64,000 nucleotides of DNA, taken from Octopus sinensis (Eukaryota). The stretch's first letter is position 1; each line of letters opens with the position of its first letter. Below are positions 53,181 through 64,000 of this stretch, in pieces. A program made the translations under genes and the position numbers. The stretch covers positions 13,206,001 through 13,270,000 of the forward strand of contig NC_043001.1 in the NCBI RefSeq assembly GCF_006345805.1. Direction: 5' to 3'. The notes under the pieces were generated by a model. That model worked only from the letters and a program-made list of their open reading frames with translations, ran no database searches and was not told the DNA's origin.

Positions 53181-53325
53181 GTATGTATAATATACATACA
53201 TACGGATTTATGTGCCTATACATACAGATACATACGCACACACGTGCGTTTTCGAATAAGTGTGCTTATAAATACACATACACACACGCACACAAACACA
53301 CAAACGCAAATACACACACAAACAC
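53035..53325. repeat. Inverted repeat inside a TG/CA microsatellite
   Basis: Core TGTGTATTTATAAGCACACTTATTCGAAACTTCACGTGTGTGCGTATG (53072-53119) is inverted at 53230-53278 with about 3 differences. Confidence 0.85.
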
Positions 53326-54700
53326 ACATAAACACACACATATATATATATATATAAACATACATATGCATAGAAATAGACATATACATGAACACACTTA
53401 TACACACACATATATACACACATATATACTTATATACGCACACATATATATAATATATATGTATGTATACCTATATATATACCTATATGTATACCTATAT
53501 ATGTATGTATACATATATTTATATACATGCAGAATTATATGTGCATAGAAATAAATACACATAATAGCATTCTTCACTTACATTCCATGACATTTTCCAT
53601 TGTGCACTCACTTTCTTAATCTTTATCTGAAATTTCGAAACTAAAACCACAAAATATTTTGAAAAAAACACAAAACATTGAATTTTGAAAGATCAACAAC
53701 ATAATGATCAAATAATATTTACACAGTAAGATTAAAGATGGAAAGTTATTAAACAGCGAAATTTTTACATGGTATCATGTTCTCTCCTTCGATATTATGT
53801 TTGTAATAACAATATCGTCTTGATTTTGAAAATTACTGAAGAATAGAGAGAGCGGAAGTCAGAAAGAATCGGTTGTTTTTTCGGATTTTGTTTTTTTTTC
53901 TGTTTTCTGTTTTCTAAACGAGAAAGAGGAAGAGATATTACTTATTGATGCGATTATGAAAGAGGAAATGCATGGTGTGTTTTTTTCTTTTTTTCTTTTC
54001 TTTTTCTTTTTGCATATATGATCAAATTTAATACTAAATACATGTTTATCGGGATTTGCATCTATTTAGGTTTTCTATATGTTGTGTGGAGTTGGCTCCC
54101 TCACTTTCTCACACTCTCTCTTTCTTTCCTTCTTTCTCTTTATATAATATATATATATATATATTATATAGATATACATACGCATATATATACATGCACA
54201 CACACACATATATATATATATATGTATGTACATATATATATATATACGCATATATACATGCACACATATATTTTTATGTATATATATTTACACACATACA
54301 TTCAGACACACATACACATACTCATATATATATATATATATGCATGTGTGTGTGTTCATACATATATTTATATACACACACATATACACATACACATACA
54401 TATATATAATTATGTATGTATGTATATTTATATGTGTATGTATATGAGTGTGTGTGGGGGTTCGTTATGTCGAACAAGATGTCTGGTGATACTACATTTA
54501 TTCCTTCATCATCGGCGCTTTAGTTATACATGTTCACGGTATGTCATTAAATGAATAAGATTCTCTAATATCACAACATATTATGTGGTTCCATATTCAG
54601 CTTTTCAGACAAAGGTGAGAATATTAACTGCTCGGTTTTCTTTATGTTTTCACATGATAAATTTGTGTGTGCTTGTGAGTGTGGGTCTAATATATGTATT

Positions 54701-54913
54701 TCACTACTGTCCACAAGGGGCTAAACACAGAGAGGACAAACGGATTATGTTGATTACATCGACCCCAGGGCGTAACTGGTACTTAATTTATCGACCCCGA
54801 AAGGATGAAAGGCAAAGTTGACCTCGGCGGAATTTGAACTCAGAACGTAACGGCAGACGAAATACGGCTACGCATTTCGCCCGGCGTGCTAACGAGTCTG
54901 CCAGCTCGCCGCC
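54701..54913 (-). mobile_element. SINE family D
   Basis: Minus strand GGCGGCGAGCTGGCAGACTCGTTAGCACGCCGGGCG...GAGTTCAAATTCCGCCGAGGTC. Confidence 0.9.
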
Positions 54914-55077
54914 TCGCATGGGTCTAATATATGTATGTGTGTGTATCTCTGTGTGTGTATGTGTGTGTGAGAGAGAGAGAAAGAAAAGGAGTGAGTGTGT
55001 AGATCGAATATATTCTTTATATATGTATGCTCTCATTTTGCAATATAAATGTTTAGGCTTTAGGCTTTCTTAGCCAT

Positions 55078-55770
55078 ATACGTGATCTGAGCAGAGAATC
55101 TGCATCAAAGTTTGCAAAAAGCTTGGCAATACTTGCTCAGAGGCCTACGCAAATTATCAAAACGTTTCCCACATTCTCGACATAATCAAGAAGATCTTGT
55201 GCAACTAAATGAAACCCGGATGACTCTTTGGTCAGCTGAAAGCAGTTTTGGCACAAACTTAGCAGTCTCGTCTTATTCTCAAATCTTGAGTGATAATGGA
55301 CTGCACTAAACCGAAACTAATCTTCACATCCTCTGATGGTGGTTCAACGATTTTCCCACACAGCTGCATGTGCATCTGCAATGTTTCTTCTCACTTCTTT
55401 TGGTTCCATGTTTTCCAGAACGTTTGAAGATATCGACATTTTCCCACCCAAGATGGAAATGTGTGAACCACTCGTACACATGTGTGCGGCTTATACACAC
55501 CTCTCCATACACTTTTTGCAACATTGCGCAAGCTTCTGAGAAAGTATCGCTATGACAACGTTCGCTGTGATGGTCAATACGACGACAACACCTTACACAC
55601 CTTCCTTCCAAGCACTGCTATAAACAGCGGAAGTGAGCTGGAATGTTAAAACTTAGTGCACACGTTCTGCAGAGTGTAAGGTCAATCTTTGCCAATGGAC
55701 GTCACTCTGCGTGGTTTAGGTTCGTTGCTACGGCAACAGTCCGGATACTTATTGATCAAATCGCGTGCAC
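55078..55770. mobile_element. Mariner transposase N-terminal remnants in opposite orientations
   Basis: Plus strand EQRICIKVCKKLGNTCSEAY (55086-55150). Minus strand SEACAMLQKVYGEVCISRTHVYEWF...RSG. TIR-like TTGATCAATAAGTATCCGGACT on the minus strand at about 55738-55759. Confidence 0.7.
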
Positions 55771-56826
55771 ATGGGTGCGTTTGCCGTGAACGTGTATATA
55801 ATTATTATTTCCATTCACAAATATCACTTTATATTTGAAAACGTATCCTAGATATTTAAATGTCTTAAAGGCATGACATTTATGTAAGCATCACTCTGAT
55901 GTAATTAAAGGTGACATGGAGAAACATTAATATACTTAAGTGATCGTTATATCACGACAGATCACGTTTGCAATAACGATACATCAGATGTTTAAAGCAT
56001 TAATTTCTTCCACCATTTAAAGAGAAAATTAATTTATTTCCTTGTAAAAGATTATTCAAGATTCCAAGAAAAACTCCCCGTAGGACATTTTAAACATATA
56101 CTTCATTCAGCAATTTATGTGACGACCTTTCCATATCGTACAATGCTAAGATAATGCAATATATGTCACCTCATTTTTCACGGTTATATTAAATTATACT
56201 TCTGTGTCTTTATATTAATGTATTTATTATGATGATGACACAGCAAATGTGATTTATGATCGTTTCGAAAATTCTTGGACGACTTTTTTAAATCAAGCAA
56301 AAACAATGAGTTATTTTTGCATATCTCTTAATATTAGCAGGGATTTAAATTTTTGTTCTGAAACTATTTTTATTTTGCAAGCCTTTCACACAATCAAATA
56401 TTAATTTTATGCATTCGATGAAATATAGGGAAATGAACATGATCCTATCTAAAATAATTCATCCTTACCGAAATTACCCTATTGCTTAATCAAATGCTGT
56501 AATTTTCCTTCAGAAATATTCGCTTCTGCGCTGTAAAATACGTATTTACTTTTGTTATTTTAGGAAAACTTTCTTGTTAATGCATTTGTGTTTGAAGGGT
56601 CATTATGCCACTAATGATAAACACATGCGCTGTTTCCATTTACTTCTTTAGTGTTAGTCAAGCTGTTAAATATATGACTAATCAATCGGTCGTTTGTTTA
56701 ATGTGTTGGCTAAACAATCCGTCGATTGTTTGTGAAAGACCTTACGCGGGTGTATACGATGCTAATGTGTGCGTGTGTGTTATGTTCTACGTGGTTATTC
56801 GTCTATATATTGCATACATGCAATTG

Positions 56827-56885
<59 letters not shown>

Positions 56886-56913
56886 GTGTGTGTGTGTGTG
56901 TGTGTGTGTGTGT

Positions 56914-57143
56914 ATTCTCGGGGGAGATTCAGCATGACACGGAGTGTGACAAGGCTGGCCCTTTGAAATACATGCACAACAGAAACAGGAAGGATGAGAG
57001 AAAGTACTGGTGAAAGAGTACCCCTTGCCAGAACCTCGTGGACCTTTAGGTGTTTTCACTCAATAAACACTCAGTCTCGGAATCGAAACCGTGATCCTAC
57101 GACCGTAAGTCTGCAACCCTGACCACTGGACCATTGTACCTCC
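56914..57143 (-). mobile_element. SINE family B, partial and diverged
   Basis: GAGTGTGACAAGGCTGGCCCTTTGAAATACA...GAATCGAAACCGTGATCCTACGACC. Confidence 0.8.
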
Positions 57144-57177
57144 GCACACACACACACACGCACACATATATATTTAT

Positions 57178-57235
<58 letters not shown>

Positions 57236-58332
57236 TATACACACCTATATGGAATATGTGTATTATACATGTATAATCAAACATAGTATACACGCATATA
57301 TGTATGTGTGCGCGCCTGTGTACATTTCTGCATAGATACCTCGACGTTTCTATATATTTCATAGTTACCAGATAGAACTTATCATTACTTCCTCTTCCAT
57401 ATCTCCAAATTTTTCTCCCTTTACAGTGTTTGCCATTCGTAAAACACGCGATTTTCCCAGGTTTTGTGGTTTAAAATACATTTATTTTCATATCTGTCTA
57501 GGCTGAACATTTTGCGGTTATATTAAAATACATATTCAATGAACAAGTGACCCAAATATCGAACAAATCTTAATCAGTTCTAGATTTAAGTGATCAGGAA
57601 TTATGTACATTACTTACATTATTTACCTTATTTACATTTGACAGATATTTATCGTCATCTGCACCACCACCACCACCACCACCACTACTACCACAGACGC
57701 TAGCATTAGACTACACAATTAATGCTGTAATCTCTTCAAAACTCGTATAAACCGCTAACCTTTATATTTTCGTATTTCCTTTTTCAGTAAAATTGGCAGT
57801 TTGTGATACCTTATATTATCAATGTATTTGAAATCTTAGATTTGGCAAATTTCACTCTAATCGAAATGATAAGCCGCAAAGTAATTAAATTCGAACTATT
57901 TGCCGAGCTTCATGTGAAACGCTTTTAAAATTAATTTCAATGTTCTCCATTTCTACCTTATATTAAATGTATTTCAAAGCATGTCATAGAGATATACAAA
58001 TATTTTCGTAATGAAAGTATGTATGAAGAACAGCTATACACACGGTTTTTATGGATCATCTTGAAGACGGAAATTTAATTGAAGCAAGTTCTTTACAAAA
58101 TGCAAACATTATGTTTCATAAAATGGATATTGTCCCGGACACATGTATTATGACAAGGTAAACTGCTAGTTTTAAAATCTCTCTAAGAGGATCTACTGCG
58201 ATGTTTTAACCCGAAGAGGACATCTTCTGTAGCTGGTTAACGATGCACGGCAGATTCCGATAAAATTGCCGGCACTGGAGTGAACCATTTTCTGGCGACG
58301 GATCCAGATCCATAATGTATAATGTGTACCGC

Positions 58333-58747
58333 TTTTACTCTTTCATTTGTTTCAGTCATTTGACTGTGGCCATGATGTAGCACTGCCTTTAGTCGAGCAA
58401 ATCGACCCCAGGACTAATTCTTTGTAAGCATGATACTAAGGTTTACCGGGATGTAAACACATCACCATCGGTTGTCAAGTGAAGTTGGGGGACAAACACG
58501 AACACAAACATATATATATATATATATACACATACACATACATATATATATATATGCACATACACATACATATATATATATATATACATATATTATGGAC
58601 TTCTTTCAGCTCCGTCTACCAAACCCACTCACAAGGCTTTGGACGTCCCGAGGCTATGGTAGAAGGCACTTGCGCAAGGTGCTAAGCAGTGGGAATGAAC
58701 CCGGAACCATGTGGTTGGTAAGCAAGCTACTTACTACACAGCCACAC
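58333..58747 (-). mobile_element. SINE family A, diverged
   Basis: Tail TTTCAGTCATTTGACTGTGGCCATG and head AGCAAGCTACTTACTACACAGCCAC. Confidence 0.85.
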
Positions 58748-58817
58748 GTGCAATTATGAAAATAAAAGGAAGTTTTAGAAAGAGAGATTAAAAACTCTTT
58801 ATAAGTTATAGAAGCTG

Positions 58818-58871
<54 letters not shown>

Positions 58872-59135
58872 ATATATATACATAAATTTAATGATATAAT
58901 TGCAAAATATAAATTTAATAATATAAATTACAAAATATATTTAAAAAATTATAAAACCGTAATAAAATATTTCTTTGCAGATTCATGTGAAAGGTATAAC
59001 ACAGACAAAAATAAGGATGAATCAAAATATAAATATTATAAGGATTATTTTATAAATTATAAAATTATGATATAAATTATATTGGTATACTGAAAAGAGT
59101 TCTTAGATATGTTATCAATATATATACCATAAGTT

Positions 59136-59390
59136 GGCGAGCTGGCAGATTCGTTAGCACGCCAGGCGAAATGCTTAGTTGTATTTCGTCTGCCGCTACT
59201 TTCTGAGTTCAAATTCCGCCGAAGTCGACTTTGCCTTCCATCCTTTCGGGGGTCGATAAATTAAGTACCAGTTACTCACTGGGGTCGATCTAATCGACTT
59301 AATCCATTTGTCTGTCCTTGTTTGTCCTCTCTGTGTTTAGCCCCTTGTGGGTAGTAAAGAAATAAGTATTTCGTCTGCCGCTGTGTTCTG
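59136..59390 (+). mobile_element. SINE family D
   Basis: GGCGAGCTGGCAGATTCGTTAGCACGCCAGGCG...GTCGATAAATTAAGTACCAGT. Confidence 0.9.
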
Positions 59391-59994
59391 AGACCAAGTA
59401 ACCATTTTCATCCTTTAGAATTAGGCATAAAGCCAACACTACCTCAGTGTCTTCGAAAATCTGAGAACTCAATGATACTAATGGTAAATTCAGCCTAAAA
59501 TGGGATATAGTATATGAAGCTCAGCCTTACACAAATAGCCGATATTGATGACAACTATGTTGCATGGGGATATATGAAATATTCAAATATAGAGATAAAT
59601 GAAGCCTAATTCATTAATAAATCTTAAAGTTTACTGTGTTCATAAGATTACTCGTAACTTTAAATACTTTAGAAGCAGTTAGTAATAAATATATCATACT
59701 ATGATTTGGTAGCACGAGTTATCCGGGGTGTCATATCATTCAAAGCATACACTGTAGTATTCTTTTCTACTTCTCCTTAACCCCTTTGATCTGTAATCTT
59801 TCAATAATTATATTATACACTTACCCCTTCAAAACTGAAATTCTCCTTCCTCATAGTGTGTATAACATATAAATTAACAATGATTGCTAAAACTTGCACT
59901 TCCCCTAAATATAGGGTATAACCCCTAGGATCTGTTATTATTCCACCTAGATCGATGTGTAAAATGTATTTAAGAAATATTCTATAAACTCATT

Positions 59995-60207
59995 ACGGAG
60001 ATGTACTTGCATAGCAAGTGACCTGATCTGATATCGTGTGCTCGAACGAAAACAGTTGCAGTGTGGAAGGTGTTTATAAACCAGTGAACAGGTCGCGGTC
60101 TCAAAGCGACGAAAATATTTTGACAAATTAATTTAAAATTTTGAGGTGAATCTAACGGTTTTTTGTGTTTCTTAAATGGCTTATAAACACCTTCCACGCT
60201 GCAATTG
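59995..60207 (+). mobile_element. 213-bp PLE-type insertion with 5' inversion and 14-bp TSD
   Basis: TSD TCTATAAACTCATT (59981-59994, 60208-60221). 60051-60079 is inverted at 60181-60209. Confidence 0.75.
60082..60122 (+). ncRNA. Minimal hammerhead-like motif, G3-C8 variant, stem I truncated
   Basis: CA-GTGAACA-G-GTCGC-GGTCTCAAA-GCGAC-GAAA-ATAT-TT-TG: 5-bp stem II and palindromic stem III AATATT. Confidence 0.55.
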
Positions 60208-60560
60208 TCTATAAACTCATTTCCATGAGTATTATTATTCTTAATTTTTGCAATTAATATTTGATACATATATTTTTATTTTATATTGTCTTTATAATAA
60301 AAACATATCTAAGAAGTATATTCCCCTTTATTTGATAATCTAAATAAGTACAGGCCACCCCTATCCTCCTTCCTCCCAGTAACCATCATTTTCCGCATCA
60401 GACATTTTCTTACTACCAACCTTGCAACCTACCAGTCTATGTAGATAGATAAAGCTAGATATATGGTTCCAGAACAGTGAGAGTCTATTAGATTGTCTGA
60501 CTTTAATTGATTTATCATCATTAACTAGAGTACAGTTGATGAATTCCAATGAATTTATAT

Positions 60561-60785
60561 TTCTTTATTGCCCACAAGGGGTTAAACATAGAGGGCACAA
60601 AGACAGACAAAAAGATTAAGTCGATTACATCGATCCCAGTGCGTAACTGGTACTTTATTTATCGACCCCCGAAAGGATGAAAGGCAAAGTCGACCTCGGC
60701 GGAATTTGAACTCACAACGTAACGACAGACGAAATACGGCTACGCATTTCGCCCGGCGTGCTAACGTTTCTGCCAGCTCGCCGCC
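60561..60785 (-). mobile_element. SINE family D
   Basis: Full head and core, colinear with 54701-54913. Confidence 0.9.
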
Positions 60786-61156
60786 TTAGTTCTAACGGTC
60801 GAAGACTGTACACTACGTAAATTCTTCTAAATATAAGTAACTACCTCACCACTTTTTTTATCTTGCCCCCTCCAACTAATCTTCTAAATTATAGTAGGCT
60901 TGACAAGGTATGCATTATTTTCTAATCTCCTGCTGGTAAAGATATAACAAACGGAACCAATGTAAATATTTTGGTTTCTATTATTAATGTAAATTTGCTA
61001 AAAATGTTTTATCGTTTATGTTTGAAGTCTGTGCGTTCATCTGACGAGAATGGTTTCTTTCAAATTCAAATCGATGTAATGTTTTCATTAATCAATTGAA
61101 TGGAGCCGCTTGAAACGACCTTAATAAACTGACACCTGTACATCTTTGTTAATGTG

Positions 61157-61211
<55 letters not shown>

Positions 61212-62350
61212 AGCACATACACTTGCAGTATTACGTTTCAGTATTTTTTCTTTGTTGTCAATGTGTTGTTTTCATAATAAATATTGCTCTCCTGTTTTGA
61301 GGTATGTTGTGTGTATTGTTTTAGTCGCAGTGTCTTATATAAACAGACTAGAGTTATAAATATTAATATTGTGGCAATTCATAATTTAGTCTCAATTTAT
61401 CGAACACTCCTTCAGAGAAGCTGAATTTGAAACATCGCAACACCTGAGAGTCTTCGATATGCACTGATCTAAATGCATGTATATACACATATACACAATC
61501 TTATATATGATCCTTAATCGTGATAATATAAAATTCCTTTTTTTACATTTTTTGGCATTTTAAAACTTTATTATCCTATTCTATTCTCTCTTTTTTTTTC
61601 AGAACTAAATCCCTGTGAATGATCCTACCCTGAATACCTGAAATCCTGGATTTGCACCTAATTGAACAATTAATTGAATATTATTCATCAAATCCTCATA
61701 GATTACTTGTTGACGTATCACAATTAACTTTTATCATTCTTTTTACTGCATTCTCTGACGTGTTTTCCATAAATCCATACGTATCTTCGTTTTTTTAAAT
61801 TGATTTCCTTTGCAAGTCAGCATATGATTTTTACACAAGAGTGTCTCATATTCACAGAATAAACGATTCCAAATACTTATATTTCAGAATCATTAACGTT
61901 ATTACAAGAACGTGAATGTTATATTATTTAAAAGATTTTCACATATGTTTCATAACCTCGAAAACAAACTGTTACGCGCAAGGATTAGAATAAATACATG
62001 ATTTAGACGTTGATTCACTCTAAACTTACCATCAACTGAATGTTACTCGGTTTCCCGAAAATCTGTCAGTTCACTTTAAATGCAATACGATGAAAGGTAT
62101 TTTCTTTCATACCAAGAAAGAAATGCTATATACAACCATTCATAACTTTACATATCCCGACATTTAACAACTTGCCAAATAATTCAGACATCAATATGTT
62201 ACTACGGAATAAAATATATACACTCTCCAATACAAGATAACAAGAAAAGTCATCATATGTCACAGCACAAATTGCTCGAAAGAGGGTCGATTATAAAACG
62301 ATAAGTGCAAAACATTACAAGGTTGATCTAGCCGATATATATATATATAC

Positions 62351-62410
<60 letters not shown>

Positions 62411-62720
62411 CACTTATGAAATCATTTAGGCAGGTTAATCCAATCAAGAATTAAAAACATCCCTGCTATTTTGGTTTCAATTTTTATCGACAAATGCAAA
62501 TGTTAAATAACAATATATATCGTACCGGAAAGTTTCTGTATTACGCGCAATTTGGACGACCGACGCGTATACAAATGTAAAGGTAACCTTTCATAATTCA
62601 TTATTTTGACATTTGTTTTGAATAAAATTTTAACACAACAATATTTATGTAATTATCATCCAAATACCGCTGGTTTCGTTATTATATTGATGATATATCG
62701 TTATTATATTCGGATAGCAC

Positions 62721-62740
62721 ACTAATTGACTGTTTTCCAG
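62721..62740 (+). promoter_or_regulatory. Putative branch point and 3' splice acceptor of the GPCR coding exon
   Basis: ACTAAT (62721-62726) followed by TGTTTTCCAG (62731-62740), 116 nt upstream of the ATG. Confidence 0.5.
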
Positions 62741-62856
62741 CATTCAGAAAAAATATATGGCTACATAAATTTCAGAAAAATTTGACAAATAAGCCACTGA
62801 GAAGACATTGGTTGATTTATTGATTGATTGGTTCTTTGCTTACCGTAACTATAACC

Positions 62857-63957
62857 ATGGATAACATGCTGAAATATAATGAATTTTTACAAAGGTTTAA
62901 TTTATCCGAAGATTATTTTGAAGATAATAATTTCACCATTAAGATGGAATATGACTATACACAAAAATTACAATGGAAAATTGTGATAATATTTGTCTAC
63001 GTGCTAATCATGTTAATTGGAATTTTTGGAAACATAACTATAGCTTTAATAATAATGACTAACAAACAATTTCATTCAGTCACAAACATTTTCATTGCCA
63101 ACCTAGCTATCTCGGATATTGGCATGTGTATTTTTAATTTACCCTTTCAGCTTCATTATCAACTCAGCGACAACTGGGTATTTGGCAATATTATGTGTAC
63201 TGTATTTAATTCCTCTTTTGCTATCCCTATATACGATTCAACTATGTGTATTTTAATGATTGCAATTGATCGCTATATTCTAATTGTTTATCCTTTTAGA
63301 AAGCGGATGAGTAACAAAATGGCGCTTCGCTTAACGCTACTGATTGCCCTTCTGGCAATTGGTCCTGCTATTCCTATGGTGATATACAGTAAGCTTGTTG
63401 TATTGAATATACCAGCTATACAACTTGATAAAATACTATGCGGCGAAGAATGGCCTTCAGAAGTAATCAGGAGAGTTTACACAGTGTCTGTATTTCTGCT
63501 GCAGTTCTGCATTCCCATTATTGCTACTTCAATTCTCTACAGCCGTATCTATACTGTTTTGAAAAACAGGCCAGTGAAAAAAACTGAGCATAGACGAAGT
63601 CAGAGGACCAATCGGATTCTTGTATCTATAGTTACACTCTTTACAATATGCTGGCTTCCATGGAATATTTTCAGTCTTTTTGTTGAATTTGACCCCGATC
63701 TTGTGAAAGGGAAGTTTTTCAAAGTAACAGACTTGTTTCTTAAAAGTTTTGCCATGAGTTCTTCATGCATCAATCCTTTTCTCTATGGATGGCTAAATGA
63801 TAACTTCAAAAAAGAAATATGCTTATTATTTGATAACTCGAAAAAGAAATGGAATCGTCGAACTGGACACGCCCTCCTTGAACCAAAGCGAAATAATACA
63901 GAAACCCAACAAAATACTATTGTCATGAATACCATGTCACATGGAATCAATGTATGA
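62857..63957 (+). CDS. Rhodopsin-class neuropeptide GPCR, sNPF/prolactin-releasing peptide/NPY-receptor-like, 366 aa, uninterrupted ORF
   Basis: ATG at 62857 in ACCATGG context; the ORF track start at 62824 is a TTG. Seven hydrophobic segments with GN (TM1), NLAISD (TM2), WVFG..C, DRY, CGEEWPS, CWLPWN and NPFLYGWLNDNF. N-terminal sequons NLS and NFT. Confidence 0.93.
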   Translation: MDNMLKYNEFLQRFNLSEDYFEDNNFTIKMEYDYTQKLQWKIVIIFVYVLIMLIGIFGNITIALIIMTNKQFHSVTNIFIANLAISDIGMCIFNLPFQLHYQLSDNWVFGNIMCTVFNSSFAIPIYDSTMCILMIAIDRYILIVYPFRKRMSNKMALRLTLLIALLAIGPAIPMVIYSKLVVLNIPAIQLDKILCGEEWPSEVIRRVYTVSVFLLQFCIPIIATSILYSRIYTVLKNRPVKKTEHRRSQRTNRILVSIVTLFTICWLPWNIFSLFVEFDPDLVKGKFFKVTDLFLKSFAMSSSCINPFLYGWLNDNFKKEICLLFDNSKKKWNRRTGHALLEPKRNNTETQQNTIVMNTMSHGINV

Positions 63958-64000
63958 CATTCTAGAAATATCTTTCTCCTCCTCAGATTTTCCATGTTTA

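Overview
AT-rich, microsatellite-dense eukaryotic DNA. The SINE families, repeat load and GPCR suggest an octopus genome, which is my inference from recalled repeat consensi, not a database result. The only host protein-coding sequence is at the far end: an uninterrupted class A GPCR ORF (62857-63957, +) of the sNPF/PrRP/NPY-receptor type, preceded by a splice acceptor. The other ~62 kb is repeats: >25 tRNA-headed SINE copies in four modular families, a 5'-truncated Tx1-clade LINE inserted in a (GATA)n array, CR1 and R4/Dong LINE fragments, several Penelope-like element (PLE) remnants, a maT/Tc1-mariner fossil, MITEs and a small Helitron. The most notable signal is a set of minimal type I hammerhead-ribozyme motifs in the PLE-type repeats. 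One is fully canonical (13306-13412). Others show compensated U3-A8 (20470, 37203, 37443) and G3-C8 (60082) cores, and a third family has a U at core position 6 (12443, 33627, 46122). Most keep a palindromic stem III of the dimer-cleaving type, and several sit in fold-back inverted structures. All folds were done by eye and none is computationally or experimentally verified.
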